A DNA stretch of 64,000 nt from an uncultured virus (IMG/VR IMGVR_UViG_3300042465_006264) (Duplodnaviria; Heunggongvirae; Uroviricota; Caudoviricetes), in IMG/VR virus record IMGVR_UViG_3300042465_006264, one strand, 5' to 3'. Below, piece by piece: positions 45,802-56,827 of the stretch (position 1 is its first letter; each line of letters opens with the position of its first letter). A model generated the notes under the pieces. It was given only the letters and a program-made list of their open reading frames with translations. It did no database searches and was not told the origin of the DNA. Position numbers and translations under genes: made by a program.

Positions 45802-46391
45802 TGAATAATAATATTAAACTAATGATAAAAAGTGTAGTGGAGGAGAATGCTATTGGTTTTAAGCAATCCACCCAAAACGCTTTATATGAAAAAATTTCTA
45901 GTAAATTAAAAGATGCATATAAAACTACTGCAAAAGGACTATTTGGAGACAATGGTTTAAAAGAATCAGCTCCAGCGATAGCAATGGGTGATACAACTGC
46001 TGTTGCTGGGGCTGAAAATGCTATGCAGGTTGATGGTGGACTTGGATTACCCCCAATGTCACCAAATGCAAACCAAGGTGAAGGTGCTCCTCCAATTCCA
46101 ACTGGGCCCAATGGTGAACAAGGAATGACTCTTGAAGAATTTGTTAAAAAATATCATAAAAAAAAGGAAGATTTTGATAGTCGAGAAGAATGGTCAAAAT
46201 GGTTGGAAGAGTATTATAGGCAATTTATTGAGATGATGCAGCAGTGGGATCGTGAAAGACGTTGGCGCGAAAGACGTGGAAGACAAGATGAAAGAAGTTC
46301 CCCAACTAGATTCCCATCGTGGAAAGAATTCAGACAAAGAGAAGATAATGGTCAACCACTTCCAAAAAGATGGTTAGAACAACCCGTTTAA
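45801..46391 (+). CDS. Hypothetical protein (prohead-core region)
   Basis: Helical N-terminus ending in L-K-E, then Pro/Gly-rich and charged segments. Confidence 0.7.
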   Translation: MNNNIKLMIKSVVEENAIGFKQSTQNALYEKISSKLKDAYKTTAKGLFGDNGLKESAPAIAMGDTTAVAGAENAMQVDGGLGLPPMSPNANQGEGAPPIPTGPNGEQGMTLEEFVKKYHKKKEDFDSREEWSKWLEEYYRQFIEMMQQWDRERRWRERRGRQDERSSPTRFPSWKEFRQREDNGQPLPKRWLEQPV

Positions 46392-46402
46392 GGAAACAAT
46401 CA

Positions 46403-47047
46403 ATGAAACTAATCACAGAACTAACAGAAGATATCAAATACGTAAAAGAAAACGTTGGCAATGGAGATAAAAATTATTTTATTGAAGGCGTTTTCATGCA
46501 ATCTGACGTTAAAAATAAAAATGGAAGAATATATCCAAAAAATATTCTCGCTAAAGAAGCCAATAGATACATTAACGAGTATGTAAACAAAGGTCGTGCT
46601 TTAGGCGAATTAAACCACCCAACAGGTCCTACTGTTAATCTTGATCGGGTTTCACATATCGTTAAAGAACTATATGAAGATGGAAAAAATGTTTATGGTA
46701 AAGCCAAAGTAATGGACACCCCAATGGGAAGGATTGTAAAAAATCTTATTGAAGAGGGTGCTCAACTTGGAGTTTCAACCCGTGGAATGGGCTCTTTAAA
46801 AGCCAAAAATGGTTATCAAGAAGTACAAGAAGACTTCATGCTTGCTGCAATTGATATTGTTGCAGATCCTTCGGCACCAAATGCATTTGTAAATGGAATT
46901 ATGGAAGGAAGAGAATGGATTTATGAAAGTGGTATCTGGCAAGAAAGAGAATTGTCAAGAGCCAAAAAAGTAATTCAAACATCTTCAAAAAGAAATTTAC
47001 AAAAAAACATTGTCAAGGTTTTTGAGAAATACTTTAAGGATATTTGA
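46403..47047 (+). CDS. Prohead protease gp21
   Basis: MKLITE, ALGELNHP, LGVSTRGMGS and DIVADPSAPNAFV motifs. Confidence 0.96.
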   Translation: MKLITELTEDIKYVKENVGNGDKNYFIEGVFMQSDVKNKNGRIYPKNILAKEANRYINEYVNKGRALGELNHPTGPTVNLDRVSHIVKELYEDGKNVYGKAKVMDTPMGRIVKNLIEEGAQLGVSTRGMGSLKAKNGYQEVQEDFMLAAIDIVADPSAPNAFVNGIMEGREWIYESGIWQERELSRAKKVIQTSSKRNLQKNIVKVFEKYFKDI

Positions 47048-47835
47048 TGCAAACTTTTGATCCCTATACTCAAAATATAATTAAAGGATTTTTGTCTGAG
47101 GGCAAAGGTTCTGGTATGGGTATGAAGGTTGATAAAAAAGCAAGTCAATCAAACATTCCTGTAGGAGCAGATCCATATCAACAATTAACTTGGTGGAACT
47201 ATGCTCAAACTGTGGAAAAAATGTTAGAAGGTATGACTGCTGGATTAGTTTCTGATGCTTTAAGAGGTGGTTCGTCTTTTCTTAATAGAGGTTTACAAAC
47301 CATAGGTGGTGGTCAAGGATTGTTAGCCGCTGCAGGACAAGGATTGGAAAAAGCTGGAAGCGGTGTGGCAAAAGTCGTAGATGTTGCTGGAAAACCAGTA
47401 GAATATGCAGTAAAACAAGCACTACGGACTACTCTAGCAAAAGCATATTTGGGCGCAGATGTAGACCCTATAGCAGGAATAGGTGGTATGTTTGAAAAAG
47501 AATTAGCATCATATAACATAGAAGTTCCAGATGCTGTAAAAAATTATTATAATGAATTAAAAAATATGGCTGGTAAAGTTCTCGATCCTGCTAATTTAGG
47601 ATTTGAACCAAATTTATTTGCATCTGGCAGAATGGGACCAATAGGAAAATATCAAGCAACACGATTAAGTCGTTTGGCTATGGCTGGTGAAAACCCACTG
47701 ACACTTTCATTAAAATCATTTGGCGCAGAAAATGCTGCGGATACGATAAGAAGATCTTATACAGACACTGCTCCATATGCAGAAACCGCAGGTGGATTTT
47801 TACAAAAAGGTAAGCAATTAGGAATTTATAAATAA
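47047..47835 (+). CDS. Gly/Ala-rich hypothetical protein inserted between gp21 and gp22
   Basis: 262-aa ORF; N-terminus contains FLSE, a possible protease site. Confidence 0.75.
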   Translation: MQTFDPYTQNIIKGFLSEGKGSGMGMKVDKKASQSNIPVGADPYQQLTWWNYAQTVEKMLEGMTAGLVSDALRGGSSFLNRGLQTIGGGQGLLAAAGQGLEKAGSGVAKVVDVAGKPVEYAVKQALRTTLAKAYLGADVDPIAGIGGMFEKELASYNIEVPDAVKNYYNELKNMAGKVLDPANLGFEPNLFASGRMGPIGKYQATRLSRLAMAGENPLTLSLKSFGAENAADTIRRSYTDTAPYAETAGGFLQKGKQLGIYK

Positions 47836-47857
47836 TAAAGATCAAGGATCTATTGAT

Positions 47858-48913
47858 ATGAAAAGAACAAAAAACACAATAAACGAACAAATGGAACAAG
47901 GTATGGGAATGGCTATGCCTGCCAATGGAGTTGCTTTCACTCCAGATGGTCGTGGTAATATGACTCCAATGCCTATTGTAACTGCTAACAACTACGCAAA
48001 GGCACAAGTCCCAACTACAATGGCTGCTATGGCTGGTGGTATGGGTGGTCCAATGGGTGGTGCTCCAATGTCTGCTCCTGCTCCAACACAAAATGAGCCA
48101 GAGGAACCAGTAGAAGAGGAAGAAGAAGAGGAAGAAGAAGAGGGGCCCGTCGAAACCAGTGAAGCAACAACAAAGTTTACTAACGCTTTGATCGAACTTC
48201 TTGGTGAAGAGGTTGCCGATTCAACTCTTGTAACTCAACTTGAAGCCATTTTTGAAGCTGCAGTACAAGAAAAAGTTAACTCTGAAATTTCAAAGACTAT
48301 TGTTTCTTTGGATGAAGGTGTTAAAAACTATCTTGAAAATGTAACAGGCAATTTGGTAGAAAAAGTTGATGATTATCTAGACTATGTTGTTGAAGAATGG
48401 ATGCAAGAAAATGCTGTCGCAGTTGAACAAGGCATCAAAACACAAATTGCTGAAAACTTCATCACAGGTCTCAAGAATCTTTTTGAAAATCACTACATTG
48501 ATGTTCCAGCCGAGAAGTACAACGCTTTGGATGAATTGTATTCACACAACGTTGAACTTACCAATACACTCAACAAAGCATTGAATGAAAATATTAATCT
48601 TCGTAAAGAAATGTCTTTGACAGAGTGTGCTGGTATCTTTGTTGCTGAAACCAAAGATTTGGCAGATACTCAAGTTGCTAAACTCCAATCTCTAATGGAA
48701 AATGTTGCTTTTACAACTCCAGAAGAATATAGAGAAAAATTAGTAACCATTAAAGAAAATTATCTAAATTCTTCACAATCTGTTGTTCGTGCTGCTCGTT
48801 CAGTACCTCAACAAATTAATGAAGAAATGACATTCTCACCAGTGGCAAAACCCGAAAACAACACTGTTGAGTCTTACGTAAATGTTATCGGAAAACTTAA
48901 CAAGAAACTATAA
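47858..48913 (+). CDS. Prohead core scaffold gp22
   Basis: IFEAAV, VDDYLDYVVEEW and FITGLKNLFENHYIDVP motifs; TATAAATA at 47827. Confidence 0.92.
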   Translation: MKRTKNTINEQMEQGMGMAMPANGVAFTPDGRGNMTPMPIVTANNYAKAQVPTTMAAMAGGMGGPMGGAPMSAPAPTQNEPEEPVEEEEEEEEEEGPVETSEATTKFTNALIELLGEEVADSTLVTQLEAIFEAAVQEKVNSEISKTIVSLDEGVKNYLENVTGNLVEKVDDYLDYVVEEWMQENAVAVEQGIKTQIAENFITGLKNLFENHYIDVPAEKYNALDELYSHNVELTNTLNKALNENINLRKEMSLTECAGIFVAETKDLADTQVAKLQSLMENVAFTTPEEYREKLVTIKENYLNSSQSVVRAARSVPQQINEEMTFSPVAKPENNTVESYVNVIGKLNKKL

Positions 48914-48960
48914 AAGGAAAATATCCTAAATAATTTTAACTCACAGGAGAAACTAAAAAA

Positions 48961-50409
48961 ATGAACTTTCAAGAAAACACACCATATGACATCTTAACTG
49001 AGAAATGGAATCCAGTTCTCAGCCACGATGCTCTTCCATCAATCGAAGACGACTATCGTAAAAAGGTAACAGCCGTTCTTCTAGAAAACCAAGAACAAGC
49101 ACTTAGAGCACAACACCTCACAGAGGATCTGACCTCAAACAATCTCGGAATGCCACAAAACTTCTCCAACAACGGTGGAGTCGCAGGCTATGATCCAGTT
49201 CTAATCAGCTTGGTTCGTCGTGCTATGCCAAACCTAATGGCATACGACATTTGCGGCGTACAACCAATGACAGCCCCAACCGGCTTGATCTTTGCAATGC
49301 GTGCAAACTACGGTGGTCAAAACTACACCTCCACAGGTGGTTACGCTGAAGCAATGTTCCAAGAACCACAACCAAACTACGGTGGTTCTGGATACACACT
49401 AAGCACAGACTTCAGAGGCTTTACTGCTGGTTACGGTCTTTGTGGTTCCTGCGGTCCAAACGCTGGAAATCCAAATCTAGTTCGCGCTTTGACTGCTGCT
49501 CAATTCAGCGCTTTCCGTGGTATGTTGACCAGTAGCGGTGAAAACCTTGGTGGCGCTGGTGTTGGTAACCCATACAGTGCATTTAACCAAATGGCTTTCT
49601 CAATTGACCGTGTTGCCGTACAAGCTCGTACACGCGCTCTATCCAGCAACTACACAATTGAATTGGCACAAGACCTCAAGGCTGTTCACGGTCTAGACGC
49701 TGAAGCTGAACTTGCTAACCTTCTCAGCACAGAAATTCTTGCTGAAATCAACCGTGAACTAGTAAGAACAGTTTACTACGTTTCACGCAATGGTTCACAG
49801 CAAAGAGATCTTGATGCACCAGGAACATATGATCTAAACACAGATTCAGATGGTCGTTGGTCAGCTGAAAGATTCCGTGGTCTTACTTTCCAAATTGAAA
49901 GAGAATGCAATGCAATCGCTAAGGAAACTCGTCGTGGTAAGGGTAACTTTATCATCTGCGATAGCGATACCGCTGCTGCTCTAGCAATGTCTGGATTTAT
50001 GAGCCTAAGCCCAGGAATCGCTCCTCAAATCAATGCTGATGATACACAATCAACCTTTGCAGGTGTCCTCAATGGTAAGATTCGTGTATATATCGACCCA
50101 TATTCACCAGCAGGAGTAAACTTCTTCTGCGTTGGATATAAGGGTGAATCACCATATGATGCTGGTCTCTTCTACTGCCCATACGTACCGCTACAAATGG
50201 TACGTGCAGTAGATCCAAATACGTTCCAACCACGTATTGGATTCAAGACCCGTTACGGAGTCGTAGCAAACCCATATGTTCTTAACGTAACTGCTGCAAA
50301 CGGTCCAGTACCAGACGGCGAAAACCTAACACAAGGTTTGAACCAATACTACCGCTTGACACAAATTAAGAACCTCCACGGTAACTGCCAATACATCCCC
50401 GGCAGCTGA
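48961..50409 (+). CDS. Major capsid protein gp23
   Basis: DPVLISLVRRAMPNL.AYDICGVQPM..PTGLIFAMR and YDAGLFYCPYVPL motifs. Confidence 0.98.
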   Translation: MNFQENTPYDILTEKWNPVLSHDALPSIEDDYRKKVTAVLLENQEQALRAQHLTEDLTSNNLGMPQNFSNNGGVAGYDPVLISLVRRAMPNLMAYDICGVQPMTAPTGLIFAMRANYGGQNYTSTGGYAEAMFQEPQPNYGGSGYTLSTDFRGFTAGYGLCGSCGPNAGNPNLVRALTAAQFSAFRGMLTSSGENLGGAGVGNPYSAFNQMAFSIDRVAVQARTRALSSNYTIELAQDLKAVHGLDAEAELANLLSTEILAEINRELVRTVYYVSRNGSQQRDLDAPGTYDLNTDSDGRWSAERFRGLTFQIERECNAIAKETRRGKGNFIICDSDTAAALAMSGFMSLSPGIAPQINADDTQSTFAGVLNGKIRVYIDPYSPAGVNFFCVGYKGESPYDAGLFYCPYVPLQMVRAVDPNTFQPRIGFKTRYGVVANPYVLNVTAANGPVPDGENLTQGLNQYYRLTQIKNLHGNCQYIPGS

Positions 50410-50432
50410 TAGATAACCGTGTGTAAATCACG

Positions 50433-50467
50433 AAACCCTCCCGAGAAATCGGGAGGGTTTTCTTTTT
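50433..50467 (+). terminator. Intrinsic terminator after gp23
   Basis: AAACCCTCCCGA-GAAA-TCGGGAGGGTTT-TCTTTTT. Confidence 0.88.
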
Positions 50468-50482
50468 ACCATAAATATTTCT

Positions 50483-51034
50483 ATGACAGCAAATCCATGC
50501 AACGATAATATAAATTTTTTATATGGAAATTATTTTCGATTGTTTATCAATCGAACCACAGACCCTTTAGAGTTAATGGTAACAAAAACAAATTTACCGG
50601 GTGTAAGTATACCAGATCAGAATCAACCTACCATTTTTGGTACAACAATTCCAATACCCACAATGGCAATTCAATATGAACCATTGTCGGTAGAGTTTAT
50701 AGTAGATTCTGATTTAACAAATTGGAAAAGTATTTATTCTTGGATGAGAAATATTACAAATATATCTGATTCTACTTCTCATAATATACCATATGCTAAT
50801 TGGCATAATGATTCAGCCCAACTTCAATTGATATCACCTTTAAATAAATATGAAACTTGTGTTGATCCTGTTTTAACAATTAATTTTTTAAATCTCATAC
50901 CAATAAAATTAAGTGGTTTAATGTTTCAATCAGATTCAAATGATTCTCCACACCTAAAAGCATCATGTAGTTTTAAGTATTCTTATTATAATATGGAACC
51001 AGATGCTCCATCAAATTTACAGCGTCAAATATAA
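50483..51034 (+). CDS. Tail tube terminator gp3-like
   Basis: NLPGVSI and YEPLSVEFIVDSDLTNWKSIYSWM motifs. Confidence 0.85.
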   Translation: MTANPCNDNINFLYGNYFRLFINRTTDPLELMVTKTNLPGVSIPDQNQPTIFGTTIPIPTMAIQYEPLSVEFIVDSDLTNWKSIYSWMRNITNISDSTSHNIPYANWHNDSAQLQLISPLNKYETCVDPVLTINFLNLIPIKLSGLMFQSDSNDSPHLKASCSFKYSYYNMEPDAPSNLQRQI

Positions 51035-51654
51035 TCATTTGGATTATCTGACCACCCCTCTGCGGTGTTTGGATTTGCATCTGGGTTGTATGGTAACTTT
51101 TTGGATTCTGGTCTAACTTTCTTCTTTTTCTTTGGCTTTATTTCTTTTTCTTCTGGTTCTTCTATTATAAATTTTTCTTCTTCTTCCTCTTCTTCGATTA
51201 TATTACCTTCATAATTTTCAATTAAATCATTTACAAATTCCACAAAATCTGCGTTTGTAAATAATTCATTTAATAATTCAAGACCTTGATTTTCTTGAAT
51301 AGCAGAAGAATCTTCTCCTGCAGAACTTATTATCATTTTTGGATCTTTTCTCATATACTCACAATATGTCAAATACATAATATGAAGTTCGTCATTTGGT
51401 TTACCTATAAAAATTGTAGCAGTGACAGGTAAAGATACCTTGTAATCATTTACCGAAGCAGCATAATTACTTAATTTAACAAATTCAGTCATTCCACCGG
51501 GACCTTTTCCACATTGAACATCTACTCTTGCTGGAAAAGATACGTTGTAAACTCCATTCTCTGTGCTAGTTAATATTCCCACAATTTCTTCACCCGTTAC
51601 CAATTTAATAACCTTAATATCCTCTGAAGAAACATTGTCGGGTTCGTCGGACAT
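51025..51654 (-). CDS. Conserved T4-like Sm-fold hypothetical protein
   Basis: IKVIKLVTGEEIVG; lies downstream of uvsW. Confidence 0.7.
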   Translation of the reverse strand: MSDEPDNVSSEDIKVIKLVTGEEIVGILTSTENGVYNVSFPARVDVQCGKGPGGMTEFVKLSNYAASVNDYKVSLPVTATIFIGKPNDELHIMYLTYCEYMRKDPKMIISSAGEDSSAIQENQGLELLNELFTNADFVEFVNDLIENYEGNIIEEEEEEEKFIIEEPEEKEIKPKKKKKVRPESKKLPYNPDANPNTAEGWSDNPNDYI

Positions 51655-51672
51655 TTAATGTCCTCCTTTAAA

Positions 51673-53181
51673 TTATTTATCTTCAGAGATATTTTTAAAG
51701 GTCATTGCGTGTATTGTATGATCAAATTTTTCTTTTTTGTAAATCTTTACACGCTCTTCAAAGTGACGGAAGATGTGATTCTTGTGTGACTTCCAACAAA
51801 GATCGTCAACGATGTCATATACTTTAAGATTTTTCTTTTTTGCAGATACTCTGAGTCCACGGCCAATACTCTGCAATAGCCTTATAATCGATTTAGTAGG
51901 TGAAGCAAAAATAATATTATCAAGATTGACAATATTGATGCCGGTGCTAGTCGTGCCAAAACTGGCAACCAAAATGGCATTTGTTTCTCTATCAATGACT
52001 TTGCGGATATACTCTCTTGACTCTGCTTCTGTTTTTCCGTGTATGAGATATATTTTGCGATCCGTTCCCGCTGCTTCCAAGAGAGCTGCGAGTGGTTTCC
52101 CGTGGTCTTCGACGTAATTAAAGAGCACAAGGGTATTCCCTTTGGTGCGGAGTGCAAGTTGTTTGATGAATTCGTTTCGTTGCTCATTCGTTACGATCCA
52201 TTTCAATTCATCGATATATTTTTGTTTTTTGATGAATTGTCTCTCCTCATCACTATATTTAAGAATTATACAATCTATACCAAGTTTGGCCAACAACCCT
52301 TTGTTCATTAGCCCCTTAGTCTGTATAAACTGCACAGCAGGCCCTAGGATGCCTTCTATGCTAAGTCTGTGTGCTTGTGCCTGATCTAGGGTTCCGGTTG
52401 TTCCAATGCGAAACCAAGCCTTTGAGAGTTTCTGTCCTATGAAGTTAATTGACTCTGCTTTTGCTTGGTGACATTCATCAAAAAATACAGCATCGAATTG
52501 ATCAAACCAAATTTTGGGAAGTTTGTAAATAGACTGCCAAGTAGAAACAATAATTTGTTTCTTTGTTTCTTTATCTGCTCCTGCTGAAATTTTATGTATA
52601 TTTTTACTTGAAGACCAAGATTTATCCAACTTTGAATAATCAAAGAAGTCAGATTCCATTTGGGTCACAAGACCCACCGTTGGCACCAGGATTAAAATTT
52701 TGCGATCTGATTTTAATACGGATTGAAGAAACCGAACCAAGGCGTATATTATCAAACTTTTGCCCGAACCAGTAGGAGAAATCAGCACGCATCTGTGACG
52801 ATTCAAAGCATGTAGTATAGCCTTTTGCTGATGATCGTGCATCTTCACTGCTTGTCCCTTCACGGAAACCTGCAATGAATCGTAGAACTGTGTAAGTTTC
52901 TCCTCCGTTATGCATAGAGGATTTTTGTTCTCCTTTATATTTATGGAGTATCCCCGGTCTTCGCAAAACTTCTGTAGATATGTTTTTAACCCTCTTGGGA
53001 GAGTACAAGACAGTATATCGAACAGTCGAATTTTACCATCCCATATTCTTTTTTTGAACATGGGCATATATTGTGCACCTGGAACCATAAAAGAAAAATA
53101 GTCCCTAAGTTCTTGTTTTAGTGCTTTTTCTGTTTTGATGTAGTAACGAACTTCATCAATAGATTCAACTTCAATATCCAC
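51673..53181 (-). CDS. uvsW: DNA helicase UvsW
   Basis: WDGKIRLF, SPTGSGKS, DECH and LQSIGRGLR motifs. Confidence 0.95.
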   Translation of the reverse strand: MDIEVESIDEVRYYIKTEKALKQELRDYFSFMVPGAQYMPMFKKRIWDGKIRLFDILSCTLPRGLKTYLQKFCEDRGYSINIKENKNPLCITEEKLTQFYDSLQVSVKGQAVKMHDHQQKAILHALNRHRCVLISPTGSGKSLIIYALVRFLQSVLKSDRKILILVPTVGLVTQMESDFFDYSKLDKSWSSSKNIHKISAGADKETKKQIIVSTWQSIYKLPKIWFDQFDAVFFDECHQAKAESINFIGQKLSKAWFRIGTTGTLDQAQAHRLSIEGILGPAVQFIQTKGLMNKGLLAKLGIDCIILKYSDEERQFIKKQKYIDELKWIVTNEQRNEFIKQLALRTKGNTLVLFNYVEDHGKPLAALLEAAGTDRKIYLIHGKTEAESREYIRKVIDRETNAILVASFGTTSTGINIVNLDNIIFASPTKSIIRLLQSIGRGLRVSAKKKNLKVYDIVDDLCWKSHKNHIFRHFEERVKIYKKEKFDHTIHAMTFKNISEDK

Positions 53182-53188
53182 ATAATAT

Positions 53189-53626
53189 TTAGACTATACC
53201 GTTCATCATTTTTTGCCAATCGATGGCAGATCGTATCACAAAGTTTCTGTTGTTGAGTGATTTTAAAAATTCTTCAACCATCTTTACTTTTGTTTCTGAC
53301 AAAGCAATTTTGAGTTTTAAATCTGTAAGTTGTGGATCTGCATCCATAAATTTATCTACATCAGTTTTAAGAATATCCAATTCAAATGGATCTTCTTTCC
53401 AAATTTCTAGTTCTTCTTTGGATGCTTTACCTGTATAAATTTTCCACTTACGAAGACGAAGAATAGCATACTCTTGCTGTTGCTTCGTCAAAAGCAATTT
53501 CATGTCTGTAAGTAAATTAATGTACTTACCGTGTATTTGTGGTATCTTAATAGCCTCCGTACCTAGTTCTGTAGAGTCTACTACAGAGTCTTTAGTAATA
53601 TGTTCTTTAAGGTTCTCTAGATTCAT
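53189..53626 (-). CDS. uvsY: Recombination mediator UvsY
   Basis: D..ID.TEL..E...IPQIHGKY, YTGKA and NRNF.I.SAIDWQK motifs. Confidence 0.9.
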   Translation of the reverse strand: MNLENLKEHITKDSVVDSTELGTEAIKIPQIHGKYINLLTDMKLLLTKQQQEYAILRLRKWKIYTGKASKEELEIWKEDPFELDILKTDVDKFMDADPQLTDLKLKIALSETKVKMVEEFLKSLNNRNFVIRSAIDWQKMMNGIV

Positions 53627-53647
53627 CTTAAGTTCTTTTTATAGAGA

Positions 53648-53713
53648 ACTATAAAGTAACTCTAGATAAAGTCAAATAAATATATTTGACATTTATTAAT
53701 AATACTCTATATT
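53648..53713. promoter_or_regulatory. Divergent sigma70-type promoters, both with 16-bp spacers
   Basis: Minus strand TTGACT-N16-TATAGT (53648-53675); plus strand TTGACA-N16-TATATT (53686-53713). Confidence 0.7.
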
Positions 53714-53729
53714 AACTGTGAGGACTCTA

Positions 53730-54362
53730 ATGATTATTGATTTGCGTGAAATTCCAGTTGTTTGGATAAATTTAGACTCCGCAAAAACAAATGCGGAAAT
53801 AATGGAAGAAAGATTTAAAAAATATGAGTTTAAAAATACTCATAGAAAGTCTGGTTTAATTATCCCACCACCAGAAGGGACAGAACAATCTATAGCCCAC
53901 TTTATGGGTTGTGGCAAATCACATACAGACATTTTAGCTGACAGCAAGTATGCTACACCACTTCTTATTTTAGAAGATGATATTGAGTTTGTTGAACCAT
54001 TTAACCCAGTGATTGAAATACCAGATGAAGCTGATGGGATATATCTTGGAATTTCTCATGGTAATGTTTTTTATAAAACAAAAAAATACAATGAAAATTA
54101 TATGAGAATAGGTGGTGTTCTTGCTGCACATGCAATTTTATATTTAAATCCAGAATATAGACAAAGAATGTGTGATGTAGGAAATTATTGTTTAGATGAA
54201 TTAAAAAGACCATGGGATCTTGGAACTGCGGCTTTACAAAATGATTATTTAATATTGACTCCAAATATTCCGATGATTTATCAATCTAATGCTAGAGAAA
54301 ATGCCAATAAATGGCAGTCTTTAACTGACAGCCCCCTATCAGATAGGAATAGTGAATTCTGA
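53730..54362 (+). CDS. Glycosyltransferase, GT25-like
   Basis: WINLD, GCGKSH and LILEDD motifs. Confidence 0.7.
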   Translation: MIIDLREIPVVWINLDSAKTNAEIMEERFKKYEFKNTHRKSGLIIPPPEGTEQSIAHFMGCGKSHTDILADSKYATPLLILEDDIEFVEPFNPVIEIPDEADGIYLGISHGNVFYKTKKYNENYMRIGGVLAAHAILYLNPEYRQRMCDVGNYCLDELKRPWDLGTAALQNDYLILTPNIPMIYQSNARENANKWQSLTDSPLSDRNSEF

Positions 54363-55150
54363 TGATTTCATTTAATATGATGGGAAGATATGGTCGATTT
54401 GGTAATCAGATGTTTCAATATGCTACGCTTTATTCGATAGCAAAAACTAAAAAGTATAAATTTGGAGTTCCGTATAAGATAAAATCAGACAATGCTTATT
54501 TAAATTTTTGTTTGGATGAGGCATTTGAAAAATTATCAGCCGAAGATAGCTCAACTTTTATTCCAATACACAGAGCACAAGAAAATGTATTTACATACAA
54601 TGCAGGTATTTTTGGAATACCTGATAATACAGATATTTGTGGATATTTTCAAAGTGAAAAATATTTTCAAAACTATAGAAACGATTTACAAAAAGAATTT
54701 ACTTTTAAAAAATCAATTTTAGAAAAAGCATCCACAGTAAGAAGTATTACAAAAGATCCTGTTATTTCTGTCCATCTACGAATTGGTGATTACAAAAACT
54801 TAGTTGGCAAACATCCAATTATGGATGAAAAATATTATAAAGAAGCCCTAGACTTGCTTCCAAAAGATCTATTGGTGATAGGATTCAGTGATGAACCGAA
54901 TGAAGCATCAAAAATTTTTGATTCATTAAACAGAAGTTATTTCATAACAGAGCCAGAAGATCAATACACAGACATGTGTACAATGACTTTATGTGATTAT
55001 CATGTAATTGCCAATAGTAGTTATAGTTGGTGGGGTGCGTGGTTGAGCGAGAGTAAGAAAGTAATTGCTCCACACAATTGGTTTGGTGACGATCCAGAAA
55101 TGCCAAAAAACTGGAGTGACATTTATTGCAAAAATTGGATTATTATATGA
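54362..55150 (+). CDS. Alpha-1,2-fucosyltransferase-like (GT11)
   Basis: GRFGNQMFQYA, GYFQSEKYF, VHLRIGDY and IANSSYSWWGAWL motifs. Confidence 0.88.
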   Translation: MISFNMMGRYGRFGNQMFQYATLYSIAKTKKYKFGVPYKIKSDNAYLNFCLDEAFEKLSAEDSSTFIPIHRAQENVFTYNAGIFGIPDNTDICGYFQSEKYFQNYRNDLQKEFTFKKSILEKASTVRSITKDPVISVHLRIGDYKNLVGKHPIMDEKYYKEALDLLPKDLLVIGFSDEPNEASKIFDSLNRSYFITEPEDQYTDMCTMTLCDYHVIANSSYSWWGAWLSESKKVIAPHNWFGDDPEMPKNWSDIYCKNWIII

Positions 55151-55980
55151 ATACAATGAACATTTTTACAAACGCATTTACAGATCATTCATGTTTGAAC
55201 AAACCACCAAAAAATTTTAAATGGATTTTTAACAAACGACCAGAAAACAATGAACCAGTAGTTTATTTTGATGATTTTATATTTAATTATATTGATGATG
55301 GATATACTGGGCCAAAATATGGGTGGCTCGGTGAATCAAGCGAAGTTATACACCATTTAATTGCAGCAATAGAAAGAAACATAGAATCTTTCAAAAAAGT
55401 ATATAAAAAAATATACACTAACGATAGAAGATTAATAGAACGGCATCCTTATTTTTTTGAATATAATCCACCCGCATCTAATATGACTTGGATTAAAGAT
55501 TGTAAAATATATGACAAATCTTTAACGTGTTCTTTTATAACAAGTTTTAAGTCTTTTACTTCGGGTCATATAAAGAGAGTCATGTTATATAGAGATCTAG
55601 AAAACAATCCAATGTTTAAAGGACATATTTATGGGAGAGATTGCAACCCATTAAAAGATAAACTAGATGGCCTTAAAGATTATCGATTTTCAATAGCAAT
55701 GGAGAACACAGTTTATCCAAAATATTATACAGAAAAAATTTTAGATTGTTTTGCAACAGGAACAGTACCAATTTATTATGGTGATCGTTCAATTGGTGAG
55801 GATTTTGATTCAAATGGCATAATCTTTTTAGATGATTTAAAATCATTTGAAGAGTTGACAGAAGAAAGGTATCTAAATATGATGCCTGCTATTAAACATA
55901 ACTTTGAAAAGGTTATGAACTTAAAAACATCTGATGATTGTTTATATGAAAGTGTGACTAATGATTCGACTAAGTATTAA
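55147..55980 (+). CDS. GT10-like glycosyltransferase
   Basis: YRFSIAMEN....YYTEKI.DCFATGTVPIYYG. Confidence 0.8.
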   Translation: MNTMNIFTNAFTDHSCLNKPPKNFKWIFNKRPENNEPVVYFDDFIFNYIDDGYTGPKYGWLGESSEVIHHLIAAIERNIESFKKVYKKIYTNDRRLIERHPYFFEYNPPASNMTWIKDCKIYDKSLTCSFITSFKSFTSGHIKRVMLYRDLENNPMFKGHIYGRDCNPLKDKLDGLKDYRFSIAMENTVYPKYYTEKILDCFATGTVPIYYGDRSIGEDFDSNGIIFLDDLKSFEELTEERYLNMMPAIKHNFEKVMNLKTSDDCLYESVTNDSTKY

Positions 55981-56827
55981 TAATTTTTGGCCAAATTTTA
56001 ATTATAATGAAAATATATTTATTTCAATTTTATCAGAAATATATGGAAATGATTTAATATTAACTAATGATGTTAATGATTGTAATTTATGTATTGTTGC
56101 AGAAAATTATGTTCCCCCAGAGATAGATAGGTCAAAAACAAAAATATTAACATTTATGGCTGAACCTAAACCAGTTCAGTATCAAGATGGGGATTATCAT
56201 TTATCATTTGACCCTGACAGAGAGGATCTTAAAAATATAAGATTTCCTGCTTGGTATTTTTATATAAATTTTTATAATCTTCAAAATCAAAAAAATCCAA
56301 TTCCAGCAATGAACCAATATGAGTTAAACAACAACAAATGGTTCAATACTGCAAAAGATAAATTTTGTGTAGCTCCGTTTTCTGCTATTCACAAAAATAG
56401 AGTAGACTTTTTTAATATTTTAAACACCTATAAAACAACTTATGGGTTTGGATTACCATTTGGTAATGGTGATAATGATAGAAATCAATTAAGAAAATAT
56501 GATGCCATTTGTTCTTTTAGATTTGCTATGGCATTTGAGAACACATATAAAACAGGTTATGTTACAGAAAAATTTTTACAAGCAAAGACAGCAGGATGTA
56601 TACCCATATATTGGGGTGATTCTTATGTGTTGAGTGATTTTAATCCAGATTGTTTTATCTATGTAAACAATTTTAAAACATATGAAGAGTGTTTAGAATA
56701 TATAAAATATGTTGATTCTAATGAGGATGTTTACCAAAGAATGAAAAATGCTCCTATATTCAAATATGATATATCACAATCATTAGATTCAATAAAACAA
56801 AAAATTAAAAGAACTATTCAACTATGA
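55961..56827 (+). CDS. Alpha-1,3-fucosyltransferase-like (GT10)
   Basis: FRFAMAFENT...GYVTEKF....AGCIPIYWG. Confidence 0.85.
   Translation: MIRLSINNFWPNFNYNENIFISILSEIYGNDLILTNDVNDCNLCIVAENYVPPEIDRSKTKILTFMAEPKPVQYQDGDYHLSFDPDREDLKNIRFPAWYFYINFYNLQNQKNPIPAMNQYELNNNKWFNTAKDKFCVAPFSAIHKNRVDFFNILNTYKTTYGFGLPFGNGDNDRNQLRKYDAICSFRFAMAFENTYKTGYVTEKFLQAKTAGCIPIYWGDSYVLSDFNPDCFIYVNNFKTYEECLEYIKYVDSNEDVYQRMKNAPIFKYDISQSLDSIKQKIKRTIQL

Noticed and set aside
39692..53181. Introns or inteins in terminase, portal, capsid or helicase genes
   Set aside because: The ORFs are continuous and of ordinary length, with no splicing or homing-endonuclease motifs.
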